DNA of 64,000 nt from Camelus ferus (GCF_009834535.1 NC_045697.1:32924001-32988000), one strand, 5' to 3'. Numbered from the stretch's first letter, positions 1 to 13,625 are shown. The notes: generated by a model not told the origin, from the sequence alone. A program made the numbers and translations.

Positions 1-143
1 AAAAAAAAATTAAATAAACAATGCATGTGTGCAAAATACATTCTCTAAATTCTCAGATCACTTAGAAAATTGAAGATCTCCCTTCTTACATATAGCTCTT
101 TAGATCTGTCTTGATGAGTAAGAAAAATGGCACAAACTAAATG

Positions 144-604
144 GTATTAGTTTTCAAGGATTGTCATAATAAAGTACCACAAACTAGATGACTTAAAAGA
201 ACAGAAATTTATTATTTCACAGTTTAGGGTGCCACAGTCCAATATCAAGGTGTTTGCAGGGCAGCACTCCCTCTGAAAACTGTAGGGGAGTATCCTCCCT
301 TGCCTTTTCTTAGCCTCTTGTGGTTTCCCAACAATCGCTGACTCCTTGGCTTGCAGGTGCCATGCTTCAGGCTCTGGGTCCATTGTCAGTTAGTGTTCTC
401 TTCTCATGTGTCTCTTTCTATGGTTCTTCTCTTTTTAGAAGGACTAGAGTCCTGTTGGATTAAGGGCCCATCCTACTCCAAAATGACTTTATTTTAACTA
501 GTTACATCTGCAGTAATTTCTTTTCCAAATAAAATCACATTCTGAAGTACTGGGGGTTAGGATTTCAATGTATCTTTTTGATGGACACAATTCAGCCCAT
601 AATA
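144..604 (-). mobile_element. MaLR solo LTR, MLT1C-like
   Basis: Runs from GTATTAGTTTTC...AAAGTACCACAAACT...AACAGAAATTTATT to GGACACAATTCAGCCCATAATA, collinear with the reverse complement of the MLT1C consensus as recalled. Confidence 0.85.
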
Positions 605-1519
605 GGCAGTATTCATTTGTTTTTCTTTTTGCTGTTACAGAAAAATAATTTAAATTGAAAATAAATAATATTTTTGTACTGTACAATGCACCTTTTCTCA
701 AAATAACACCAATCTGTGATTTATGAAAGAACATAAACTAAGGTTACAGCCAACAGTAAGAATGTAATTGGGGTGTGCATATAAACTTTAAATAAATTGC
801 CTTCCTACCCAATGCTATTAGTTAATTCTTTTGTTTTAATGTAAAGCTAAATCTTCTAAAATTTTAAAAACTATACACTTTTCACTACTACTCCAATACT
901 AGAGAAGAAATTAGTGTGACTATAATAACTAATATCAAAACTTATTTTGAAAACCATCATTTAACAACATTGTTAAATGAAACATTGTTGTTTTTCCTAA
1001 AATAAGATTTAATGTGGATGGCATACTTAGTAAATTACCATAAAATGTATCTAAGCTTCTAATTTGTTGACAATATCCTTCAAGATACTGAAACAAATAA
1101 GCAGCTGATAAGTAAGAAATAGTCTCTCCACTCAGAAGAAGACAATAAATGGGTGCTTCTGCCTTTTGCATGAATTTAATACGGAAATCTCATCTCTCCT
1201 CCCTGTTCAATGCTATGTTAATGCACTAGAAGTAAGGTTGAGTAATCTACCCAATATTCCATAACGTGATTCTAAGTTTCTAATTCCCTTATCAGAGCTG
1301 ACTTTATACTAATTCTTAAAATATTCTACATCCTTCTGCCAAACTTCTCGTAATTCAAATGTGATATATTTCTCTTAAGTTAAATGTATAAAAATATAGA
1401 TAAGAACACTTCAGATCAATTAACTTCATGCTTTACTTACAAATACCATTCCAGTCTCTTCTCAAGTACTCTGAATAGCATAATTCCCAGCACAAAGATG
1501 ATCACATATGGGTGAAGAG

Positions 1520-1690
1520 GGAGTACTGGCCTGAATTAGAGAACTTGGAATTTAGTTCTGATTTTTCCTCGACTAAGCATAACATCAAACAAATCATATA
1601 ACTGTGGACTTTGATCTTTTTAAATGCTGATTAGAGGCATTAGCTCAATAGTCCCTGGAATTTCATTAAGTGCTTATAGTCTATGATTGT
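1520..1690 (+). mobile_element. MIR-family SINE remnant
   Basis: GAGTACTGGCCTGAATTAGAGAACTTGGAATTTAGTTCTG resembles the MIR head/core, and the CTATGATT end resembles a MIR3/MIRc tail. Highly decayed. Confidence 0.4.
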
Positions 1691-2196
1691 TTGTTCTTTG
1701 ATTACCTCAGTTACTGTCTCTAATATAAGTTAACGTGGAATTATAATTATCCAAATACAATTTTGTACTTTTAAAATTCTTAACAAAACAGGACTTCTAA
1801 AACTGGCTTCTTGTAAGAGCTGTCATGTCTTCGGTGAAGTGGGGGAATCAGCTGAAAGTTAAGAAAGCCCCAGCAGAGTCCTTGTACCTGTGAGATATGA
1901 GCCTTTTTTTACTTGAGTTTCAAAGGACATCACTGCTACAATGGTATATATCTTAGAAGTCTGGAAGTTTCTGATTCTTAATGCGTGAATTTTGAAAATT
2001 AGCACATTAAAGTAGTGTTTTATTATATTAAAGTAAGTGTGTATTGCATTTAAAATGGTTTAGCTCTGGAGTCAGGCTGGCCAACATGGATCCCCAAATC
2101 CACAACATTTTTGCAGTATGACCTTCAGCTAAATTAGAAATGCTTTTAAAATTCGTTAAATATTTAATCTTTTTATCAGTTAGTCTTCTCCAGGTC

Positions 2197-2312
2197 TAAT
2201 TTACACACAGTAGAATTCATCCTTTTTAGATATGCACTTCTATGAGTTTTGACAAGTGCCCGAATTCTGTATACTCCATGATAATCAAGATACACATAAT
2301 TCCTTCACCCCA
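2197..2312 (-). mobile_element. Ancient L1 (L1MC/ME-type) 3' terminal fragment
   Basis: Reverse complement reads TGGGGTGAAGGAATTATGTGTATCTTGATT...GTCAAAACTCATAGAAGTG...TGTAAATT, typical of old L1 3' ends. Confidence 0.6.
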
Positions 2313-2327
2313 TTTATTTTCTCTGTG

Positions 2328-2600
2328 AAAGATTCCATTCATTTAGAATTCAAAAAAATTGAAAGCTAACTTTGTAGTGACAAAAAGAAATTCATTATTA
2401 GCATGGAAATAGGATGTAGTAGTGGTTATAGAAGGAGAGAGTTGATTTGCATAAAAAATTCTGGGGAATGGATATTTTTATTATCTTGATTGTGGTGTTG
2501 GTTTCACAGGTATGAGTATGTCAGAAAACTATCAGAATATGTGTTTTAAACATACGTGATTTATTATGAATAAAGGATGCCTCACTAAAACTGTTTTTTA
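2328..2600 (+). mobile_element. Ancient L1 (L1MC/ME-type) 3' UTR fragment
   Basis: GATTCCATTCATTTAGAATTC...CTGGGGAATGGATATTTTTATTATCTTGATTGTGGTGTTGGTTTCACAGGTAT...CTCACTAAAACTG. Confidence 0.65.
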
Positions 2601-2619
2601 AGAAGACCTAGATAATTGC

Positions 2620-5600
2620 CATGATATAAATGGATATACTCCATGTAGCTGAAATCCGACATCCTGTCTATCTTCTAGGCTAAGGCCAAAGTTTTAAGAA
2701 ATTTGTTTCTGAGAGAAATACTAGCACAATTCAGAAATTCAGTGGTGGTTGTCCTCCCTAAGCCAGTGATGATGGTGAGAGGTTTTATTACAGACTGAGA
2801 TCAGCTCCCTGATAGTTAGGAGAATGATAGAATCCAGAAATCATGGATGCAGTGTGGGGGCAGTTCATTACCAAAAAGAAGATAGGTAAATTGTAAAGCA
2901 AGGGTGAGCAGCAGCTAGAAGGTTCTAACTCACAAAGACATACAGAGATATTTAAAAGAAAATTATATCCCCTAGGCAAGATGGATAGGCAGCCAGCAAG
3001 AGTGGTGCTGATTCCACAACATCAAAAGAAAGCAAGAATGGATGGTCAAGAAGATGAGGACAACTTCCCCCCAGAGGCAAAATCTATTGCCCAGTTTCAA
3101 GGGGTTGGTTTTCCGATGAAAAACCTGTCAACTGGAAGAGAATTCATGTGCCAAAGTGAAAGACTACCATTCTATTGCAATATATATCATAATGGATTTC
3201 CAGCCTACAGCCATTTAGTTAGCTAAGCATACAAGAGGGCAGAGAGACACCACCACTTTAAAGACTGCTGGACTGTTGACATTAATGTCTGGTACCCAAA
3301 GCGTGATCTCCTTGTTAGAGTAGGAACATATAGGGCACTAGTGAATGAAGTCCTGTACAAAGTCTAATGTGCTGTACATCCACTGGCACACCCACTGGTT
3401 ATTTTTCCCATCTAGGTATATATAATAGAAAAAGAAATACTTGGTACTTCTCAGAAACCTCACTATGGTTCACTTGCCAGTGAAGTAAGAGCTACTGTAG
3501 TCAGACAGCCTAAATAGAAGCCTCTAAAATGGACTCACTCGTTTGAAGATAAATACAAAAAATAAAATCTCCAAGAGAACTGAAGAAATTAGTGTCCTGT
3601 GTGAAGATGTAAGGGGTGAGGATGAGCAGTAGGGACTGCCATCATCCCATTTAAGACTCCCATTAAGTCTCCCAGTAGTGACTGCCCCCTTTAAAACCAA
3701 GATGAACCTGGAGGATGATGGTCGACTACTGAAAACGCAAATAGTTTCTGTAAAGGAAGTTATCACAGTTTAAGGTACACTGTATTATTTTACATCTCTA
3801 TCAGGAGGGAGGCTCAGAAACAGTTCAAATTTGTATGTGATAGAAACCATATTTATTTACAGCCTGTGCTGGTACCGTATTAACTGTCTCACCCTGCCAC
3901 AGTGTAAGTCCACAGGACCTGGACTATGTGGATTTTCCATAGAACAGCCTGTTAGTCTTTTGGCTCAGTGGTACCATGCCATTTGAAATGGATGAACTGG
4001 AAGAGTGGTCTATTAATTCTATAGATACTCCAAGACATATCACATTAATGAAGATTTTGATGCCTGGGGTTTGTGAGGACATCCAAAGCAAAGGACAAAT
4101 TATTTCATCTCATTCCTCACACATCTAAGAAGGAAGCAAAATGCCTGTTAGTTTCCTTCAAGTTTTGGCAAAATGCATCTACACTTGGAAATACAGCTCT
4201 AGTTCGTAAACTGAGTGCCAAAGAGAGCTTCTTGTTCTTTGTAGACCTCAGATTAAAAAATAATAATAATAAAGTTTTGTGTAGCAGCTCCATGCTCTGA
4301 TGTAAACAATTCTGACTCTTGGCTTGTAACACCTGAAGAGCCCTGTGATAGTGGAGATGTATGTGGCAGGAAAAACTGTTATGTGAATTTTGGAAGAAAC
4401 TTCAATAAAATAGAAGCAAAGTGAAGGTTTCTGAGGTGGTGGAGCAAACTCATGCCATTTGTAGCATGGAATTGTATAAGATTAGAAAAATCCTGTCTTG
4501 CTACTGGTAGAGATGGAGTTCCTAATCAGGGGACATAAACTAACAATGAGGCCCAAATTGTCCATGTACTGAGTTCTGTCAGGTTCACCAAGTCACAAGT
4601 TAGGATGGACCTACGAGCAATATATTATAAAAATGGAAGTGACAAATCTAGTATCAGGGATGAGCAGAGCCAGAAGTCACACAAAAGATAGCTAAGACTT
4701 CCATGTCATCTACCACTTTGGCTATGACTGTTTTGTGTGTGTGAAGTCACTTATGATTAGCTGATGAATGTGGAAAAGTTCAAGTTCTGTTCGCAGATCA
4801 GCGGTCAGTATGTTAAAACAGCTGAAGAATGCATTACAGCCTCACTTGGGTTGATGGGACATTCTCCCAATGGGAAGATCTTCAGGCTGAAGTTTTGGTT
4901 ATCCACATTGGATGAAAAGAAAAATGACCAAAGTTATCACTTATCAACAGCAGAGAGCAGCTTGGATAGTTAGGCAACTGGAGAGAGAAAAACTGGATAA
5001 CTGGAAGGAGGGCAGGGGTGAAGGGACTTGTGCAGGAAGGAAATGTAAAGATTTGGGTCTTGCATGCTAACCCCCACCAGAGAGCATCCACCATAGAAGC
5101 ACTAAACAACCAATTAAACAAAATGACTTTGCCAATTACCATCTTCTATCTTTATGAAGCCATAGTGGCAGGGATAGGGGTCATCCATAATTCCTACAGG
5201 ATAAACTTACTTAGGTAGTATCCAACCTGCCAACGAGAAAGACCAATATGACTTCATCCATCAAAGAAGTAAACTGTTACTTAGTGGTAAATTGAATACA
5301 TTTTTCCCCTTATACATTGGAAGGGACAGCAGTTTATCTTGGTAAACACTGACTGTTTTTCTTTCCTGTAAGGCTTCAGGCAGCACCACTTTTACAGAAT
5401 GACAGAGTGTTTAATGCATTGACATAGAATCAATGCGTTAGAACAATGAATACACTACAGTGAAGGAGGCGTGGCATTGACTGGGCACACAGGGCCGTGG
5501 GATCCATTGTTTCTACCACATACCACATCATGAGAAGCCTCAGGAGTAACAGAGCAATAAAAAAGTATTTCAAAGGTGCAGCTAAGGTACAGCATAGAGC

Positions 5601-5980
5601 TGACACAATGCAAGATTGTGGCACTATCCCCTGGGATGTCAAAGCACCTTAAATTAACAATGTTATTGTTCTGTTTCTTCAATAAATAAAATACATGGGT
5701 CTAGGAGCCAAGGATAGAGATATAAGTGACTCTGTTAACCATCACTCCACTGGTCCACTTGTAGAATTTTTGATGCCTATCTCTGCAACTCTGCAAGTTT
5801 AGAGGTCCCAATCCTTAGAATGGAAATACTTCTACTAGGGGAAATAGCTAGTTACTTAAACTTTTAACTTTAGCTACCAGTTGGTCACTTTAGGCTTCTA
5901 ATACCAAAAGTCAAAAAGCAAGGAAGGTAATTCTTTCCTTATAAGGGGTGATTTACCCTGATCATTAGGAGGATGTAAGT
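2620..5980 (+). mobile_element. Decayed class III endogenous retrovirus (ERV-L family) internal region: gag end, protease, RT, RNase H, integrase, dUTPase
   Basis: Peptide remnants KDKLFHLIPHTSKKEAKCLLVSFKFWQ (RT thumb, ORF 4073-4300), KIWVLHANPHQRASTIEALNNQLNKMT (RNase H end, ORF 5018-5218), integrase-like WKGQQFILV (~5320-5345) and dUTPase-like LPVGHFRLLIP and GVIYPDH (~5873-5965). Many stops and frameshifts. Left boundary uncertain. Confidence 0.85.
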
Positions 5981-6545
5981 TCCCTCATATAAAATGGTGA
6001 CAGATAAGCCTAAATTTGGCAAACAGGTGATCCATCAGAATATTTCTTGGCACTAAAAAGAGCATAAAGAGTAAAAAGAATATAGAACAGAACTGATACA
6101 AGTAATTTACAGAATTCAGTGGGGTCAAATAAAACCATATACATATATATATGTATATGAAAACTGTAAAGCACAATATAAATGTAAGATATTACCATCT
6201 TCCTCACCAGCTGCACCTTGAAAGACTAGTCTTTAACAATGAACTTCGCCAAATTCCTGCACAACACCAATCAAGATTGTCAGTGAAAATAGCACAAGTC
6301 ACAATGGTCTGTTGGTCAGTGATCTGAGGGAAAAAAAGGATTTGAGGCTTTCGACATAGAATGAGATAAATATTTGATTTAGACTGACATTGGTCATTGG
6401 GCTTTATAGAAGCAATAAAATTTGACAGCCAAGTCATATGTGTCAACTGAAATTATACCCAGAGTCTGTGAGTATAGCCTTCTGTCAAATCAAGCCATTC
6501 TTTCCACTGTCACATTTTCTTCCTATCTATAGAGTATATAACTAT

Positions 6546-6598
6546 TCATATTCATCATCGTCATCATCATCATTGCCCTTGTTATCACCATCATCATT
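6546..6598. repeat. Degenerate (CAT)n trinucleotide repeat
   Basis: TCATCATCGTCATCATCATCAT...ATCACCATCATCAT seen directly. Confidence 0.8.
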
Positions 6599-6715
6599 AA
6601 TGGATACCTAACTTTGCATATGCTTTGCATGGATTATGTAGGTTCATTTCTACAATTCTAGAGTGACTACATGCCAGTTTCTTAAAGTTGCCACAGTTCA
6701 GCACATCCATATAAA

Positions 6716-6962
6716 TCAGACTGTTTCAACCTCAATACCACTGACATTCTGGGGTGGAAATTCTTTTTGTTGTTTGGGCAGAGACTGTTCTGTGTCTGTA
6801 GAATGTTTAACAGTATCCTTGTCCTTGACCCACTAAATGCTCTTGGCACCTCTACCTAGGTTTTGAAAATCAGTGATGTCCACAGACATTGCCAAAAATC
6901 CTCTGGGAAGAGGGCATGTGAATTCATATGCTCCCACCCCTCCCCTAGTTGGGAACTGTTGC
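6716..6962. mobile_element. MER20 non-autonomous hAT DNA transposon
   Basis: TTTCAACCTCAATACCACTGACATTCTGGGG...TGTAGAATGTTTAACAGTATCC...CAGACATTGCCAAAAATCCTCTGGG...GTTGGGAACTG follows MER20 over its full length. Confidence 0.85.
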
Positions 6963-7024
6963 TGTAACTTAAAGTAGCCACAACCTAATGTCAATTAGGC
7001 TTCATGAACAATAATACATTCTAC

Positions 7025-7162
7025 TTTCAGTCAAAAGATCTGGGCTTGAATTCCAATTTGCCATTATAGTAGCCATATGACCTAGGACAGATTATTCAAT
7101 TAAGTCCTTGCTATTTTGACTATAAAGTGACAGTAATGGCACATTAGGTCTCTTGTGAATAT
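7025..7162 (+). mobile_element. MIR SINE fragment
   Basis: CAGTCAAAAGATCTGGGCTTGAATTCC...ATGACCTAGGACAG...TATAAAGTGACAGTAATG resembles the MIR core. Confidence 0.55.
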
Positions 7163-7627
7163 TTGTCATTTTTAAGTCTTAATACAAAAAAAAAAAAAAC
7201 TGTCCACATTACTTAAGTAAGCCTTTACCTCACTTTACCTTATGACTTTATAATAAATTACAATGTCTATTCTCTTTGTAAAACATTTCTCAGCAGCAAT
7301 TAACTTGTCTTTGTTTGCTCATTTGTTTTTATTAACATCAAACACACTAGAATATTAGGGAATGAAAGGGAGCCCTGTCTGTCTAGGGAAACACATTGTG
7401 CCCAGAACCTTACACATGGAAAGGTGGTTACATGGAAAACGCTAAAAATGTATATATGTGTAATGGCTTCTTGTGATAATTTAAGGGAATGTAACAGATT
7501 ACTTCTTATTACATGGCTGGTGCTCACTGAATGGCATTCTCTTCTTCCCTTGCATTATAAAGAAGAATGTGTCTCAAAATTATTTCCCTGGTGGGGAAAC
7601 CATTGTGTTACAATCTGGAATAGGGTA

Positions 7628-8112
7628 AGTGTTAGGCAGAATAATGACTCCCTGAAGTTGTCCATGTCCTAATCCTTGGAACATGGGAATATGTTTCCTT
7701 AAATGGCAAAAAGGACACTGTCGATGTAGTTAGATTGAGGTGGGGAGAGTATCTTAGGTTATAAATTCAATCTAATCAGGACCTTAAAAAGAGTAGAAGA
7801 GGGGGGGAACAAAGTGGAAACTCAGACATACGACAACATGAGGAGAATTCAGCTCCAAATTTCCGGCTTTGAAAACGTAGGGAGAGGGCCACGGCAAAGG
7901 AAAGGGGGTGGCCTTGAGAAGCTGGAGAAGGCAAGAGAACATCTTCTCTCCTAGTGACCCCAGAAGGAGCAGAGCCCTCTCAACAGCTTGATTTTATTGC
8001 AGTGAGACCCATTTTGGACTTTCGACCTCAAGAACTGTAAGAATGTAAATTTGTGTTGTTTTAAATGGTCAACATTGTAGTGGTTTGTTATAGCAGCAGA
8101 ATAAATCTAATT
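7628..8112 (+). mobile_element. MaLR solo LTR, MLT1D-like
   Basis: TAGGCAGAATAATGACTCCC...GTCCTAATCCTTGGAAC...GTGAGACCCATTTTGGACTT...AGAACTGTAAGA...TTTGTTATAGCAGCAG. Confidence 0.85.
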
Positions 8113-10893
8113 AAAAAATGTACCCTTCATATGTCTTTTGGCTTCTGTTTTCTTCTCACCTCTTTAACAGGAAATAACACAAGTTTTCACATTTCTTATC
8201 CTTTAACTTTTCACTACTATGTGATAACTAGCTTCTTGATTTGAGGAAGGCAGTAGTTTCCTGGCATAAGAAAAACAGTTGTAGGACATAGAAAGTATAA
8301 ATTAGTTTATAATTCAATTGTGTGATGTAATCATTCCATCCATTTAGTCAATAAATAAAGTTGAGCAACTGCTAAGGGCTATCATTCACTACTTACAGAG
8401 AATATAAAATATATAACAGAGATTCCCTTTTGGTTACAAATTCAGACTCAATGGAGAGAGAAAAGGGGGAAGGAAATGGACCCTTAAAGGGATATTTTTA
8501 AACACTGTCAGACACAGTAACAGAAGTGTTCTGAAAGCTCTATGAGGACATATAACTATTCCCCAGGACTTTCTTTTAGAGAAAATAGATACACACTGGC
8601 TGTCCCTTATATTGCATCCTTTTTAAGCTCATTGAAATGCTGAATAAAATCTATTCATAAAGAATTAAATTAATTCAAACAATACAAGGAAAAGAAACAT
8701 CTCTTTTCAAGAGGCATTAAATCTACTCTCCTTAATAGAGAAACCAAGATTAAAAGAGGTGAAAAATGATGAGAATGACCTTTTTAGTTCTAATCACACA
8801 AATAAATCAGTGCACTGGTGATGAATTCATTAATTTTGATTAAACACGGAACTATGAAGTCATTTGAATTAATTCGGTAATCACCATCAAGAAGAGATGC
8901 TTTAGAGCTTGATATTGAGTAGTTCCTTTAATTTGCACTATGACCCAGTCTTAGGGAAATGTGTACCCAGATCTTCAAGGGAGCTGATTTTATATACAGA
9001 AAGATTAAGTCACAGAATTGAACACCCAATGCCTAAGGTTCTGAGAGGGGATGAGTTGTTGGTTAGGAGTCCTATCCATGATTATAAACCTATTCCCTTT
9101 AGGGAAATAACAAATGCTTTGGGGTTCAAATTTGCCCGAGCATACAGCTAGCAGTAGTAGCAGAAACTACTAGCCATTTCTCACGGAATTCTATCAATAT
9201 AAATGAAAATAACTGTGCTCCTAAGTGACACAGCGTTCCCAGTTACCATGTTGGAAGGCACATGGCCTCATATACTAGGAGCGGCAGAGGGTCAGAGGAG
9301 CTCCATAACAAGTTCTTACGGCAAATCAGAATGGGAAAGATCTAAGCCATACGTGCAAAGTATGCATTTCTATCTCACTGTTAACTTCCTTTGGGTTCCA
9401 TTGATAAATTATCATAACAGAAAATGGAAGAATAATTTTCACACTGAGCAGTGGGAGGTTTTCCATAGAGGAATAGTTCAAAAAAGCTCAGAGAAGTTAT
9501 TGACTTTAATCATTTTTGTAAAAATCAACAAAACTTTTAATCAACTATGTCATGAAAAACTTTATTCATTATTAAAATTACTTAATTGAATTAATCATTC
9601 CATGTGTTACCTGGTTCATAAGTAGGTTGAGATGAAGTTGAACAGGGTATCTGAACACAATTCAAAATAATTGACCCCTTTGAAAACTATTGTTTTCAGG
9701 ATAGGATAAAAAGCGTAAGAGGGCAGCGGCATTAGGGAGTAAAGCCTATTTTTCTCTCTCTTTCTGGAAACCAGAATTTTGACTGTGTTGCCAGGCAGAG
9801 ATCATTCTGAGTAGGGCACTGTTGAAAAGAGCAAAAAGAGGGACTCTTTAATTCAGAATTTTAACTAAAATCAAGTAGATTTTTTTAGAAGACAATTCCA
9901 ACTCTAAAATTAAACATTCACATACACAGAGGACTGATTAGGAATGTATCCTGTTGCTGTGCTGTGCAAGCATACTGTCTGCACCAGTTACAGAGGCTCT
10001 CTAATGGAAGTCCGCTATGTACTTCCAGTTCCTCAGACTGATGCACTCCATTAACCGGGGAGCCAGGCAACTAAGTAATCTCTTTTGTAGTGTAATCTGA
10101 GCTTCTGTTTTCTGCACCACTCTCATTCCATTTTGTTCTGGAACAAAATTATAGATGTATATTTTAGCACTCTTGTTGCCTGGAATTCATACACTTCAAA
10201 TCCTCAGTCTTTGCCTACAGCTTGTATCAACTGCTTTCTATGAAAGGCTTTGTTAATACTTTTGCAGATTGTTTGTTTCTTCTTTTATTCAGTATCCCAT
10301 GCATATATATATATATATTTTCTGTTTGCTTGGCCTTTTAACACACTCTTTAGGTTCAGCACTTTTTTTCTTCCTATATGTTGCCAGTAGATTTCCCCTT
10401 GCTCAGCAATGGAGTGAGCTTTATTATTTTTCTCTCTCTTTGAGGAGCATTCACTTCATGATTTAAATACATTTTGAAAATCAGACCCCCATTGTGGACC
10501 ATCAATACTTCCTTTGTAACAATTACTTTCCCACTGGGAGCAATCCTTAGAGCTCCACAATCCAGCAGCATTCAATCCAATATCTTTCTTTATAAGTGAG
10601 GTGAGCATTTGTCTTATTCAGCAATAAATATTTTTAAATGTTATTGTTACATGATCACCTATATATATTAGCTTTTCAACTTAAAAAACTTAAAAATATT
10701 TCTAATGTCAAGGAGAATACATGCTGCCAGGTTTAGCCACTGAGCCCTAAATAACCCAACACAAGCAGTTCCACTATTTTTTAAAATCACATTTTAAATT
10801 TTTCTCCATAGATTTGCATTGCTTTTATTGGGTTTTCATAGGTTATCTCTAGCTTTTTGAAGTCAGTATACACATTAACATTGATAATGACCC

Positions 10894-11395
10894 TGTTAAG
10901 GTAAAAATACTCTGACATATTGAACTAGTAAGGAAGGCTTTATTCAAATTTTGCAGTAGGTGTCAAGGTGTCACTACAAGGGAAAGACGTAGGGCTCCAC
11001 TCCAAATACACCAAAAACAGTGGGGATTTACAGTTAAGGGGCAGGTTGCAGGGGTCGGTGGATATAAAGTTACTAAGAGGAGACATCAGGGTTAGGGGGA
11101 GTTCTTGCTAAACTGATCTAACACAATTCTTGCTGGATACAGGGCCGGAATGATCAGATATTACTTGGGGGAAGGTCGGAAATGAGGAACTTGATCAGAT
11201 ACTGAGTGTGATCAGAAACTGTATGTGGGAGGATTCCCTTTAAACTGGCTTAGCAAACTTCTTGCTAAAACTGGACTTTGCAAGGACAAGGATAGACAAA
11301 GAAGCTCAAAGTTGAAGGCCTGGTTGAGAAGAGGGCTCAGAGAAGCCTGACTGAATTTTGGTCAACTGACTAAAAATTGACCAAAGCTTTTGTCA
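10894..11395 (-). mobile_element. ERV1-class solo LTR, MER31/MER67-like
   Basis: TG...CA termini (TGTTAAGG...TTTTGTCA). The minus strand begins TGACAAAAG...TTGACCAAAATTCAGTCAGGCTTCTCTGAGCCCTCTTCTCAACCAGGCC, with repeated GATCAGA units. Confidence 0.75.
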
Positions 11396-11509
11396 GTTTT
11401 AAAAATGTTTTACTTTACCTAGCTAACTATTTTATTATTTTGTTCCTCTCACACTGTTCAAAAAACACCGACTTTCTCATTTATTGGATGGATAAGGTAT
11501 GATGCCTAC

Positions 11510-11920
11510 TCTGATCCTTTGCACTTGCTCTCATTTTCTTAGAATTTTCTTTTCCCACATATTTATGTATTTTCTTCCCTTACTTCTATTGAGCCCTTAC
11601 TAAAATATCCTCTTTCTTAGATTAACCCAATCTAAACTTACAAAAACTTCACCTACTCCCTACACTTTTCCCTTTCTTCTACTTTATTTTTCTCCTTAAC
11701 ATTTATCAACTAAAATTTTGCATACATAATATACATACATGTAATACACACTTACTATGTGCCTTTATCTCCCTTATTTTCTCACCCATTTGTGAGAAAG
11801 CCTCTTAAGGGTGGAGATTTGGGGCTGTTTTATTCACTTGTGTAGTCCGAGCACTTAGACCAGTCCTTTAGTACAGTCTGATAGAGAAAGTGTTCCACAA
11901 ATATTTGTTGATGAGTGAGC
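11510..11920 (+). mobile_element. L2 LINE 3' end
   Basis: TTTGCACTTGCT...AAGCCTCTTAAGGGTGGAGATTT...TTATTCACTTGTGTAGTCCGAGCACTTAGACCAGT...AAATATTTGTTGATGAGTGA. Confidence 0.75.
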
Positions 11921-13194
11921 ATAAACATCTTGAGTGTTTCACTTCCTCCACGGTAGTTACTTCACAGTTTATGCTCTAATTCCTATTATGCTTCTTTTGC
12001 ATAGAACTTGCTTTGGAGTTGCTGTCATAGACCATGCTCTATACTTCTAATATTGAATAGGGGGAAGTCTTTAACTATGAAAATGAATATACTTTTATAG
12101 AAACATAAAATCTAGAGCACCCATATCAGATAATGAATGTAGTTATTTCAGTTTATATCATTTGCAAAGAAAACTGAGCATAGTCATTAAGCATTGTGTA
12201 ACTTAAAAATGAGTCATTGAGAGCTGGATCTACATGATTCATTTCATCTAAAGCTACCAAGTTTGTGATCACTGATTTAGAGTCATAATCCATTGCACTT
12301 TAAGTGACTAATACAATGATCTCCTGAAAGATGGACTCACATGTACCACTCTTAATTCCTGAAGAATGCAATACGGAGCCGATACTCAGAGTGTGGAAAA
12401 TAAGTTACACTGAAGTGTCAGTCTTTCAGCAAAAATTCAGCATATACTAGAAGTTTTGTGAATTCTATTTTGGCTTCTAGCAATGCACATAATAAAAATG
12501 TTTTCATAGAACTGTGATACTTACATTGTGATCTCTCTGGAGGCCACAAATAAATTGGTCATTATCTATTCATTAACTAGCAGAGATGGACTGAGCAGCA
12601 TAAAGAAGAGGCATCAGGGGCTAATCTTTCCAGAATTCATGTATTTACATAGGAATTCTTTCTTCTTTTGCAAATTAAAATAGAAAAAATATGAATGAAG
12701 GTAATTATGTGTCCTCAAAATCATCTCCTATCACTCATATTTTTCCATAAAAATTAACAATTTTCAAACTAATTAAATGGGCAAAAAAATGTCATATATC
12801 TTTGGGGCTTAACATATTTCCTGATAAAATAAATTTGTATGATAGTTTTATGACATTTAAAGAGGCTTATTGATTTTAAAAGACTAAATTTCCCATTTAT
12901 ATATTTGAAATTATTAATTTTCTTACTCCTTTTTTCACACTTAGTGAAACCAAAATGTTAACTTATTTGTTATTGTGTGAAATCCTATTTCTTGGGTATT
13001 TACTATTTGAGAAGCGGTGAGAAATGTTTTTAATATTTCCCTCAGTTTTCTTTTTAATTACAAAAATATTATGGGCTATTGTTACTAGGAAAACTACAAA
13101 TATGCATATAAACATATTGTTAATTTTTGACTTGTACATATATTTATATATATTGATGGCAAATTCACAAAAGTACAGTTAAAGAATATTAGTT

Positions 13195-13625
13195 GATTTT
13201 TAATATATGTTGCCATATTCCTTCCAAAGGGGTAACATATAAATAGAGACCCTCCTTTCATCAATGTGTGAAAATGTTTACTTCTCCCTAAAGCAATTAA
13301 GCAGAATATTTTCATATATTTTTTTATTAATCTCAATTAATGTTAATACTGTAGGTTGAGCTGGGAACCATTTTATTTATTTGCTACATGGACTTTAAAT
13401 TTGAAATAATTTTCTAACTTACCAATATAGTTCAATTATATTTATAGATTATAGATTAGTTTTTAAACCATTTTAATATATTTAAATATCCTTATCTTTT
13501 TTTAATATGGCTTCTTTTTTCTGCCTTGCTTAGAAAGATTACATATATCCCAAGATAAGATATTTTGAAGTGTTTTTATTTTTATTATGCTTTTACTTTT
13601 AAAACTGTAATCCATCTGAAAACTA
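13195..13625 (-). mobile_element. Very old L1 (L1ME-type) ORF2 C-terminal fragments
   Basis: TTGCCATATTCCTTCCAAAGGGGT...CAATGTGTGAAAATG and TAATCCATCTGAA motifs typical of antisense L1ME. Confidence 0.45.

Noticed and set aside
9203..9589. Longest ORF in the track (128 aa)
   Set aside because: No recognisable domain, no supporting splice or promoter context, and a length compatible with chance.
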